From Micrococcales bacterium (GTDB lineage Bacteria; Actinomycetota; Actinomycetes; Actinomycetales; Microbacteriaceae): 64,000 bases of DNA. Shown here piece after piece: positions 33,983 through 43,426 of this stretch; the first letter of the stretch is position 1, and each line of letters begins with the position of its first letter. Location of the stretch: the NCBI GenBank assembly GCA_947454255.1, contig CANGIU010000003.1, positions 27,845 to 91,844 on the forward strand, given 5' to 3'. The notes beneath the pieces were generated by a model. That model was not told the DNA's origin. It did no database searches and saw only the letters and a program-made list of their open reading frames with translations. The translations under genes were made by a program, and so were the position numbers.

Positions 33983-34567
33983 CTACTTCTTGAGTTTGTT
34001 AACTAGAAGCCATGCTCCCGGAATTAGTGCAGCAGCGATAGCGGCTTTAGCAGCATCCCAAATCAAGTAAGGCAACATACCCTGGGTTGCAGCTAGAAGA
34101 TCTGAACCATAAGCGTTCATTGCTAGAACTGGGATACCAAATCCGTAAATCACTACTGTGCTGAGCACGAAACTAGTAAGTGCCTTCAAGGCATGTGATG
34201 ACCAGTTCAATTCCGCAAGGCGTCCAGCAACTGCTGCAGCGAATATAAAGCCGATAATGAATCCTCCAGAGTAACCAAACAAAACGTTGAAGCCTGAGCT
34301 GGCATCTGCAAAAACAGGTAGCCCAAGGGCTCCCACAAGGGCATATACAGCCATTGTGATTGAGCCTCTAGCCGCACCATAAGTTGATCCGATTACTAGG
34401 ACTGCAAGAGTCTGGAATGTGAAAGGAACTGGCAACGCTGGGATGCTCAATTGTGCTGAAAGTGCAGTAATTGCAACACCAGCTAGGACCAGAATGACGT
34501 TGTTGATTAGAGTTCTCTGAACTAATTTGTCAATAAGGGTGATGTTTTGAGCTTGAGCGATAGACAA
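33983..34567 (-). CDS. bioY: Biotin transporter S-component BioY
   Basis: 194 aa with about 6 TM helices. The motif pattern PVPFTFQTLAVLVIG...GGFIIGF is characteristic of BioY. Confidence 0.82.
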   Translation of the reverse strand: MSIAQAQNITLIDKLVQRTLINNVILVLAGVAITALSAQLSIPALPVPFTFQTLAVLVIGSTYGAARGSITMAVYALVGALGLPVFADASSGFNVLFGYSGGFIIGFIFAAAVAGRLAELNWSSHALKALTSFVLSTVVIYGFGIPVLAMNAYGSDLLAATQGMLPYLIWDAAKAAIAAALIPGAWLLVNKLKK

Positions 34568-34668
34568 AGCTGGCCTTTCGTTTAGATAACGTTTTGATTA
34601 ATACTAGGGTAGAACCTGCAATCAAACAGTCATGAGTTTGAATTTATGCAATCAACTATTGGAGCCCG

Positions 34669-36267
34669 ATGATTAATGTGCGCGATCTGGAGATTACCAT
34701 TGGGCCTCGCGTACTGATGTCAGGTGTCACCTTTCAAGTTTCCAAAGGGGACAAGGTTGGGCTTGTTGGTCGCAATGGCGCAGGAAAGACCACGTTAACC
34801 AAGGTGATTGCCGGTGATTTTCAAGCCAGCGCTGGGAGTATTGACCGAGTTGGCGAAATTGGCTACCTTCCGCAAGACCCTAGAACTGGCGATTTACACG
34901 AACTAGCTCAAGACCGAATTCTTAATGCCAGAGGATTGGGCACCATTCTCAAGAAGCTCGAACAGACTCGAGAAGAGATGGCATCGGTGGATGAGAAGGT
35001 TTATGACGCAGCAATGGCTCGATACGAAAAATTGGAAGCTCAGTTTGAGGCTAATGGTGGATACGCAGCAGAAGCAGAAGCTGCAGCTATTGCCGGAAAC
35101 TTAGGTTTAAAACCCAATGTCCTATCTCAAGAGATTGGGACACTATCTGGAGGCCAAAGAAGACGCATCGAATTAGCAAGAATTCTCTTTTCAGCAGCCA
35201 CCACAATGATTCTTGATGAACCAACCAACCACCTGGATGCCGACAGTATTATTTGGCTGCGCGATTTCCTAAAGAATTACCAAGGTGGCTTGATAGTCAT
35301 CAGTCACGATATCGAAATTGTAGAAGAGACAGTTAACAGGGTTTTCTATCTAGATGCGAAACGTGCTGTTATCGACATCTATAACATGGGCTGGAAGCAG
35401 TATCTAAAGCAGCGAGAATCGGATGAAGAGCGTAGAAAGCGTGAGCGCGCGACTGCGGAAAAGAAGGCCAGCGTTTTGCAATTTCAAGCTGCAAAATTTG
35501 GGGCTAAGGCGTCAAAGGCTTCAGCTGCCCATCAGATGGCTCGCCGTGCAGAGAAGCTATTGAGTGGACTTGACGATGTTAGAGAAGTTGATCGTGTTGC
35601 GAAGATTAGATTCCCTGATCCTCAGTCATGCGGAAAGACACCACTGTTTGCTCATAACCTCAGCAAGAGTTATGGCTCTCTAGAAATCTTTACTGCAGTT
35701 GATTTAGCAATTGATAGAGGCTCGAAGGTAGTAATTATCGGGCTAAATGGTGCCGGTAAAACAACTCTGTTACGAATCCTCGGTGGAATTGAAGAAGCTG
35801 ATACTGGTTCAATTGATCCAGGGCACGGTCTAAAAATTGGATACTACGCTCAAGAGCACGAGACTCTTGATGTGACAAGAACCGTTTTAGAAAATATGCA
35901 GGATGCTGCTCCCGAACTTGCAGATACTGATGCGCGTAAAACACTCGGTTCGTTCCTATTTAGTGGTGACGATGTCAACAAGTTGGCTGGAGTTCTAAGT
36001 GGCGGTGAGAAGACGAGATTGGCCTTGGCTTCGCTGGTAGTTTCAAAAGCTAACGTACTACTGCTTGATGAGCCTACAAACAACCTTGACCCAGCCAGTC
36101 GTGGTGAAATTTTGAATGCTTTGGCATCATTTACAGGGGCAGTCGTGTTGGTATCCCACGACGTCGGTGCTGTTGATGCCCTAAACCCAGAGCGGGTTCT
36201 TGTAATGCCCGATGGCCAAGAAGACCTTTGGAATGAGGGCTACAGAGACCTAATTGTTCTTTCCTAA
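34669..36267 (+). CDS. ABC-F family ATPase (no TM domain; translation-factor type)
   Basis: Two ABC cassettes (GRNGAGKTT/LSGGQRRR and GLNGAGKTT/LSGGEKTR) joined by a charged linker (ESDEERRKRERATAEKK). 532 aa. Confidence 0.9.
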   Translation: MINVRDLEITIGPRVLMSGVTFQVSKGDKVGLVGRNGAGKTTLTKVIAGDFQASAGSIDRVGEIGYLPQDPRTGDLHELAQDRILNARGLGTILKKLEQTREEMASVDEKVYDAAMARYEKLEAQFEANGGYAAEAEAAAIAGNLGLKPNVLSQEIGTLSGGQRRRIELARILFSAATTMILDEPTNHLDADSIIWLRDFLKNYQGGLIVISHDIEIVEETVNRVFYLDAKRAVIDIYNMGWKQYLKQRESDEERRKRERATAEKKASVLQFQAAKFGAKASKASAAHQMARRAEKLLSGLDDVREVDRVAKIRFPDPQSCGKTPLFAHNLSKSYGSLEIFTAVDLAIDRGSKVVIIGLNGAGKTTLLRILGGIEEADTGSIDPGHGLKIGYYAQEHETLDVTRTVLENMQDAAPELADTDARKTLGSFLFSGDDVNKLAGVLSGGEKTRLALASLVVSKANVLLLDEPTNNLDPASRGEILNALASFTGAVVLVSHDVGAVDALNPERVLVMPDGQEDLWNEGYRDLIVLS

Positions 36268-36274
36268 GCGGGAT

Positions 36275-36290
36275 TTAGCACAAGTGCTAA
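36275..36290. promoter_or_regulatory. Perfect 16-bp palindrome TTAGCAC-AA-GTGCTAA, a candidate operator upstream of the rhodopsin gene
   Basis: Read directly from the sequence. It lies 8 nt after the ABC-F stop, with its centre about 47 nt before the rhodopsin ATG. The 2-nt spacer makes a full hairpin sterically unlikely and no T-tract follows. The function is inferred only. Confidence 0.35.
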
Positions 36291-36329
36291 TAGGGTGGGA
36301 TTAGTTATCCTCCCCGAAAGGAACACATT

Positions 36330-37040
36330 ATGGATTTAGTTACTATCACTCAGGCAATGTTCATGCTCGGCTTCGTCGCAATGGCAGCCGGTACCTTTTA
36401 CTTCGTAATGGAACGCGGTGAACTTAAAGCTGAAGGACGCACTAGCGCTACCTATGCTGCTTTGATTACCTTCATCGCAGCAATCTTCTACTGGCAAATG
36501 AAAGACATCGTTGCTTTTCCTAATCCAGGTGATATTTCATTTATTGCTCACACCATGCCGGTTAGGTACCTGGATTGGGTTCTAACTACTCCACTTTTAC
36601 TAATTGAATTCGGTTTGATCGCCGGTTTAGCTGGAGCAGAAAAGGGTTTAACCTACCGACTAGTTCTTGCCGATATCGTGATGATTGTCACTGGATATTT
36701 CGGAGAAATTGGTGTTGCAGGTTCTGCAGGAAACTATGTGAACTTTATTATCTCGTCTCTTGCATGGGGTTACATCGCATACACACTTTGGCAACTTAAA
36801 CCAACTAAAGGTAGTGCAGCAGTTAAATCGGCTGTTGCCAACATGAAGAAGTTCGTTATCTTCGGCTGGTTGGTCTATCCAATAGGAACTGCAATTCAGG
36901 AATTCTTAGGACTGAACAACTCAGATACAGAAACAGTAAAACTTGCTGTTTGCTCAGCTGCAATTATTTATGTGATTGCAGATATCATCAACAAAGTTGG
37001 TTTTGGAATCTTTGCTCTGAAGGCATTTAAGAAGGATTAG
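36330..37040 (+). CDS. Type-1 (microbial) rhodopsin, DTE motif, predicted green-absorbing outward proton pump
   Basis: 236 aa with seven hydrophobic helices. Helix C reads RYLDWVLTTPLLLIE (D82, T86, L90, E93). Helix F has WLVYPIG. Helix G has ADIINKVGFG (D218 and the Schiff-base K222). AAGGA Shine-Dalgarno 7 nt upstream. Confidence 0.9.
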   Translation: MDLVTITQAMFMLGFVAMAAGTFYFVMERGELKAEGRTSATYAALITFIAAIFYWQMKDIVAFPNPGDISFIAHTMPVRYLDWVLTTPLLLIEFGLIAGLAGAEKGLTYRLVLADIVMIVTGYFGEIGVAGSAGNYVNFIISSLAWGYIAYTLWQLKPTKGSAAVKSAVANMKKFVIFGWLVYPIGTAIQEFLGLNNSDTETVKLAVCSAAIIYVIADIINKVGFGIFALKAFKKD

Positions 37041-37823
37041 TCCAGTAGTTGGTCTTCTGCTTCGGCGTCGGAATCTTTAGTTAACAACTTGAGCCTTCTT
37101 GGGGCGAGCCCTGCCGTTCTTCTGCGATCTTGAGCAATAGTCCAATAGACCGCACCAAAAGCCATCAATGCAAACAAGATCCACTGCATTGCATAACTTA
37201 GGTGATTGCCTTGATTGAGTTCAGCCATTGGCATTGGTTCACCAGCAGCTAATGCAGGGGATTCAGTTACTAACCTCCCATATGCCTGGGTGTATGTTGA
37301 TTTATCTTTTATCTCAGCGCTAGCGGTCTTTAGGTCGATACTTGGTAATTGACCAGTTGGTGCTGTTCTATCCAATTTTGGTTCGGATGGCCTTAACCGC
37401 AAAGTCAACTGTCGATGGGTTGTATTCAACTCAGGAACTAGGTCAGGGGAGTCCTGAACATTTCCAGTCGGCAACCAGCCACGTTCAACCCATATGATGT
37501 TCTCACTGTCTGTTTTGAAAGCAGCGAGTTGAAGAAACCCAGGATTTCCCTCGTAAGGTCTATTCCTGATTAGAAAAGTGTTTTCAGTAAGGTATTGACC
37601 TGAAACTAATACCTGTCGATATTCAAGCTCAGGATTCCATTGTGAATCTGGATTAAGAATTTCCTCTAAAGCAACGGGCACACCGTCATAGTTTGCTAGA
37701 ACTATTTCATTGGCTTTTTGCACCTCGGCTGCTCTGGAGAATTGCCATTGTGAGAGAAACCAGCAAGCTGTTGCAAAGACTGCTGCCAAGGAAATCCAAG
37801 ACAACCAGCGAACTAGGTTTTGC

Positions 37824-38950
<1,127 letters not shown>

Positions 38951-39018
38951 CCTAGAAACATCGCCTTCACTGGCAGAATAAGACAAGTAGAAGACTTATA
39001 AAAAGAAAGATTGACAGC

Positions 39019-39786
39019 ATGGGAATCCTTGAAGGCAAGAAACTACTAATTACTGGAGTGCTAACTGAAGCGTCTATCGCTTTCACAGTTGCCCGCCTAG
39101 CTCAAGAGCAGGGTGCGGACATTGTGCTTTCTTCTTATGGCCGTATGCTCCCAATCACTGAAAAGATCGCTCTGCGACTTCCAAAGCCATGTCCTGTCAT
39201 CGAACTAGACGCAACCAGTGACGAGGACCTTGCGGCTTTGCCAGCGAGAGTTCAAGAACACCTGCCATACCTAGACGGAATTGTGCACGCTATCGCTTTC
39301 GCTCCAGGGACAGCATTAGGCGGTAACTTCCTATCTACAGAGTGGCCAGATGTTTCAACTGCGATTCAGGTTTCTGCATACTCTCTGAAGTCGATCACAA
39401 TGGCCGCTAAGTCAATCCTTCGTCCAGGTGCTTCCATTGCTGGTCTTACATTCGATGCATCAGTTTCTTGGCCAGTGTATGACTGGATGGGTGTTGCTAA
39501 AGCTGCGTTTGAATCAACCTCAAGATATTTGGCTCGCTACTTAGGTAAAGACGACATTCGTGTCAACCTAATCTCTGCAGGACCGTTGAGGACTCCAGCG
39601 GGTAAGAGCATTCCAGGTTTCTCTTCTATGGAAGACATCTGGGTTGATCGTGCACCGTTGCACTGGGAGTTGGCAGACACTGAACCAGCTGCTCGTGGAA
39701 TTGTCGCATTACTAAGTGATTGGTTCCCTAAGACAACAGGTGAAATCATTCACGTTGATGGTGGATTGCACTCAACCGGTCACTAA
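39019..39786 (+). CDS. fabI: Enoyl-[ACP] reductase (NADH), InhA/FabI type
   Basis: 255 aa. GKKLLITGVLTEASIAF N-terminus, the YDWMGVAKAAFES catalytic region and the ISAGPLRT motif. Confidence 0.9.
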   Translation: MGILEGKKLLITGVLTEASIAFTVARLAQEQGADIVLSSYGRMLPITEKIALRLPKPCPVIELDATSDEDLAALPARVQEHLPYLDGIVHAIAFAPGTALGGNFLSTEWPDVSTAIQVSAYSLKSITMAAKSILRPGASIAGLTFDASVSWPVYDWMGVAKAAFESTSRYLARYLGKDDIRVNLISAGPLRTPAGKSIPGFSSMEDIWVDRAPLHWELADTEPAARGIVALLSDWFPKTTGEIIHVDGGLHSTGH

Positions 39787-40433
39787 TAACCGATAAGTGG
39801 AATTAGATCTCTAAGATCATTTCTGGCAATCAGTACATTTGCTTTCGCTCTAACCCTAGGTTTTGCATTAAAGCCAACGGAAAGCCCTGCGATTTCCATC
39901 ATGTCTAAATCATTTGCACCATCACCAACTGCGATGGTTTGAGTAAGAGTTAGCTTCAACTCGTTAGCCCATTCACTCAACGCAGTCGCCTTAGCGGATT
40001 TATCAATTATTTCTCCAGTGACCTTACCCGTTAGATAGCCATCCTTTATCTCTAACTGGTTAGCTCGGTAGAAATCTAGATTTAGTTTTGCGGCAAGCGG
40101 TGCCAACAATTCAATAAAGCCACCAGAAACAGCCGCCGCCTTGCCTCCAACACTGTGAATGTATTCAATTGTTTCCAAGGCACCCGGAGTAAGCGTTAAC
40201 TTGCTAAGAGTCTCAGTTATTACTGATTCAGGAAGACCCTCAAGAACGGCAACTCTGGCTTTCAGGCTTCCCGTGAAATCTAATTCACCGGCCATTGCTC
40301 GGGCCGTCACAGCTTCAACTTCAGCTCGCTTTCCAGCGTGATCGGCCAGAAGTTCAATAACCTCTTGTTCAATAAGTGTTGAGTCCACATCAAAGACCAC
40401 AAGCAGTCGAGTATTGTGCGGGTCTTTAGTCAT
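39783..40433 (-). CDS. serB: Phosphoserine phosphatase (HAD family, SerB-like)
   Basis: HAD motif I FDVDSTLIEQE (DxDST, typical of SerB), and motifs III/IV in KATALSEW...AVGDGANDLDM. Confidence 0.8.
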   Translation of the reverse strand: MTKDPHNTRLLVVFDVDSTLIEQEVIELLADHAGKRAEVEAVTARAMAGELDFTGSLKARVAVLEGLPESVITETLSKLTLTPGALETIEYIHSVGGKAAAVSGGFIELLAPLAAKLNLDFYRANQLEIKDGYLTGKVTGEIIDKSAKATALSEWANELKLTLTQTIAVGDGANDLDMMEIAGLSVGFNAKPRVRAKANVLIARNDLRDLIPLIGY

Positions 40434-40531
40434 AAGGAAACTTTATTGCCAAAAGTTGGTTCATTAGTTCAGCTCTCGCCTTTGAGTGTCTTTTCATTGG
40501 CTTTAGCAATCGTCGCTTAGGCTAAAAAACT

Positions 40532-41314
40532 ATGAACGTAGTTCTAAATTTCGAGCAGGTCTCGCTCATTCGTGGCGGCCGCAATATCTTGTCCGACATT
40601 ACCTGGCAGGTTGAACCAAACCAGCGCTGGGTAATCATCGGACCTAACGGTGCTGGTAAGACAACTTTGCTCAGAATTGCTTCGACTCACCTTCAGCCAA
40701 GCTCAGGAACAGTACAAGTGCTTGGCAACACCCTAGGTGAAGTGAATGTCTTTGACCTTAGAACGAGAATCGGCTTCGCTTCAACAGCCATAGCAAATCG
40801 AATCCCCAATTCTGAAAACGTACTAGATGCCGTTATGACGGCTAGTTATGCCATAACCGGGCGATTCAAAGAAACCTATGAAGAAGTCGACATTAAGAGA
40901 GCTAGACGGGTGCTAGGAGAGTGGCAGCTCGCAGAGTATGCGGAGCGACCTTTTGGAACTCTCAGTGATGGCGAACGCAAGCGGACCCAGATAGCCCGAG
41001 CAGTGATGCCGGACCCAGAACTGCTCTTACTGGATGAGCCAGTTGCAAGTTTGGACATCGGTTCAAGGGAGGCAACCATAAAGATTCTTGGGGGATACGC
41101 TTCTCACCCAGATGCCCCCGCCATCATCATGGTCACTCATCACTTGGAAGAGATCCCAACTGGCTTTACCCATGCGCTAATCCTCAAGGATGGCAAAATC
41201 TCAGCTGCCGGGCCGATAACACAGACTCTAACCACTGAAAAGCTAAGCGAAGCCTACGGAATACCTCTAGAAGTGGTCTTCTTTGGTGGCAGATTTGCAG
41301 TTAGGGCCAAGTAG
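40532..41314 (+). CDS. Stand-alone ABC transporter ATP-binding protein
   Basis: Walker A GPNGAGKTT, signature LSDGERKR and Walker B LLLLDEP. No adjacent permease gene. Confidence 0.8.
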   Translation: MNVVLNFEQVSLIRGGRNILSDITWQVEPNQRWVIIGPNGAGKTTLLRIASTHLQPSSGTVQVLGNTLGEVNVFDLRTRIGFASTAIANRIPNSENVLDAVMTASYAITGRFKETYEEVDIKRARRVLGEWQLAEYAERPFGTLSDGERKRTQIARAVMPDPELLLLDEPVASLDIGSREATIKILGGYASHPDAPAIIMVTHHLEEIPTGFTHALILKDGKISAAGPITQTLTTEKLSEAYGIPLEVVFFGGRFAVRAK

Positions 41315-41399
41315 GCTCTGGCTAAGCGTCCAACACTCTGGTATAGTTTCTAACTGGTGCTAAGAGCACTAAATCCCGTTTGAATTGAAAGATTTTCCT

Positions 41400-41657
41400 A
41401 TGAAGGCTGACATCCACCCAAAGTATGAAGCAGTGGTTTTCCGTGACCTAGCTTCTGGCGTAGCATTTTTGACTCGTTCGACTGTTACCAGTGCTAAGAC
41501 AATCGAGTGGGAAGATGGCAACACATACCCTGTTTTCGATGTTGAAATTTCATCTGCTTCGCACCCGTTCTACACAGGTAAGCAGAGAATTCTTGACTCA
41601 GCCGGTCGTGTTGAGCGCTTCAATGCTCGTTACAAGAAGTTTGGTGCTCAGAACTAA
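41400..41657 (+). CDS. rpmE2: 50S ribosomal protein L31, type B (no zinc-ribbon cysteines)
   Basis: MKADIHPKY start and HPFYTGKQR motif. There are no CxxC pairs anywhere in the protein. I prefer ATG 41400 to the ORF-track TTG at 41385. Confidence 0.9.
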   Translation: MKADIHPKYEAVVFRDLASGVAFLTRSTVTSAKTIEWEDGNTYPVFDVEISSASHPFYTGKQRILDSAGRVERFNARYKKFGAQN

Positions 41658-41671
41658 GTTCTCTAGTACAA

Positions 41672-41699
41672 AAAATGGACCTCAATCGAGGTCCATTTT
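41672..41699. terminator. Bidirectional intrinsic terminator between rpmE2 and the exonuclease gene
   Basis: 12-bp stem AAAATGGACCTC / GAGGTCCATTTT with an AATC loop. An A-tract lies on one side and a T-tract on the other, so it can serve both convergent genes. Confidence 0.78.
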
Positions 41700-41702
41700 G
41701 CT

Positions 41703-42437
41703 TTAATCGAACTTCTTTACCGGCCAACCAAATACAGGTTTGTAATCTGGCACATCAGTTTGACGCCATTTTGCATAACTGGCTTCGATAGCGTCAGACC
41801 ACTTAACCTGCAGATCATGCAGTTCTTGGGCAGAGGTTGGAAATGGGACAACCGGTTTATCTTGAGCAAAGAAAAATCGCAGCATTGCTAAACCAACATG
41901 GCCAGCCGCTATGGCGTCATCTTTAGCGGTATGGGCATTGTCTAGTGAGACATTGTATCTTTCAGCGGCGGCTCCAAGCGTGCGCTTACCTTTGCGATAC
42001 TTATCAATTGTTTTATCGATAACCAGCGGGTCTATCACATTGCCAAATTCAATGGGATGTAAGCCATAACGTTTAGCTTCGTAGTGCAAGATAGTGAAAT
42101 CGTAAGCTGCATTGTAGGCGAGGACGGGAATGCCTTCAGAGAAGCAGGCATTTATTGAATCAAGGATCTCTGGAATTGACACTTCAGCCGATGGCGCATC
42201 GGCAACATCTTTGTCGTAGTAACCATGAACACTGCTAGCAATCGCTGGAATCGGAATCCCTGGGTTGATTACCCAGTCCTTACCCCCAGGAAGGATTTCT
42301 CCAGCTGTATTCATTCGTTGGATAGATGCTGTGACTATTCGATCGCCACGAAGGTCTAGACCTGTTGTCTCGGTATCGAATACTGCGATAGTACTAAGCC
42401 ATTCGGGCAACTCTAGTTTTTGGATGTTTTCATTCAC
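41703..42437 (-). CDS. DEDDh 3'-5' exonuclease (DnaQ/epsilon-like domain protein)
   Basis: Exo I FDTETTGL, Exo II AYNAAYDFTIL and Exo III HTAKDDAIA motifs. 244 aa. Confidence 0.8.
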   Translation of the reverse strand: MNENIQKLELPEWLSTIAVFDTETTGLDLRGDRIVTASIQRMNTAGEILPGGKDWVINPGIPIPAIASSVHGYYDKDVADAPSAEVSIPEILDSINACFSEGIPVLAYNAAYDFTILHYEAKRYGLHPIEFGNVIDPLVIDKTIDKYRKGKRTLGAAAERYNVSLDNAHTAKDDAIAAGHVGLAMLRFFFAQDKPVVPFPTSAQELHDLQVKWSDAIEASYAKWRQTDVPDYKPVFGWPVKKFD

Positions 42438-42529
42438 GGTCTCAGACTAGTTGCCACCATAGACAAAGACGATTAGAAACAGGGTTCATTAGACTAGTTA
42501 TCAATCAACAACATCTATAAGGACTAGGC

Positions 42530-43426
42530 ATGAGTACAGCTGCAGAGCTAATGGCACGCGCTGAATCCCGCGCAATCAAGAGATCCGTAGAGGTAGGCGG
42601 AGTCACCACCGACTACTGGTTCTATCCTGCTGAAGTTACAAATCCTGAATTGGCAACTAACATCGTTTTAGCTCATGGATATCGGGGGACCCACAAGGGA
42701 CTTGAGTCTTTTGCTGGAGGGTTGAGCCAATTCAACGTTTACTCACCTGATCTGCCTGGTTTTGGTTCTTCTAAACCATTGAAGGCCAAACACAATCTAG
42801 AAAATTATGTCCTTTGGTTGAAAGGTTTTCTGGACTCAATCAAGATTAGTAATCCTGTATTAATTGGTCATTCATTTGGCACCTTGTTAGTTACTGCCTG
42901 CGAAGCTCAGTTCGGCGTAAGCCAAGCTTTGATCTGTATAAACCCTGTTGCTGGAGGTGTTACCAAGGGGCTTTCTAGATTCTTGCTGCAGTTTGTAAAA
43001 GGTTTCTACTGGGTTGCGCACATTCTGCCGCTACCAATAGGTATGCGCATGTTAAAGACTTGGTTGCTAGTTGATGGTATGAGCGCATACACAACTAAGT
43101 CAAAAGATAAAGCACTTCGTAAGTGGATCAAATTGCAGCACGACAAATACTTCAATAGTTTTGCTAACTCAGATGTGATTTGGGAATCATATATTGCATC
43201 GGTTTCTCATACCATTCACCCATATGTAGACAGACTGAAGAAGCCAATACTTTTGGTTGCTGCGGAGTTAGATGAAGTAACACCAGTTAGCTCAGTTATT
43301 GCAGTTTCCGAGCAAATGCCAAACGCTCAAGTTCATGTCATAAAGAACTGTGGACATCTGGTGCATTATGAAGCTGCAGATGAAACTGTTTCCGTTATGG
43401 CTAAATTCATAGGCGAGCTAAAGTAA
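42530..43426 (+). CDS. Alpha/beta-fold hydrolase
   Basis: Nucleophile elbow GHSFG, an HGYRG oxyanion region and a C-terminal GHLVHYE (catalytic His). The substrate is unknown. Confidence 0.75.
   Translation: MSTAAELMARAESRAIKRSVEVGGVTTDYWFYPAEVTNPELATNIVLAHGYRGTHKGLESFAGGLSQFNVYSPDLPGFGSSKPLKAKHNLENYVLWLKGFLDSIKISNPVLIGHSFGTLLVTACEAQFGVSQALICINPVAGGVTKGLSRFLLQFVKGFYWVAHILPLPIGMRMLKTWLLVDGMSAYTTKSKDKALRKWIKLQHDKYFNSFANSDVIWESYIASVSHTIHPYVDRLKKPILLVAAELDEVTPVSSVIAVSEQMPNAQVHVIKNCGHLVHYEAADETVSVMAKFIGELK

Noticed and set aside
36330-37040. The rhodopsin as a heliorhodopsin, a sensory rhodopsin, or an ion pump other than H+.
   Set aside because: The sequence has the type-1 helix C and G signatures (RYxDW...TTPLLL, DxxxK). 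It has a DTE triad, not NDQ (Na+), NTQ/TSA (Cl-), or the Pro-for-Asp substitution of xenorhodopsins. There is no adjacent transducer gene. It bears no resemblance to the heliorhodopsin sequence I recall.
41385-41399. The TTG 41385 start for L31 given in the ORF track.
   Set aside because: L31 proteins begin MK(A/K)DIHPKY, and the ATG at 41400 gives exactly that N-terminus. The five extra residues are not typical of the family.
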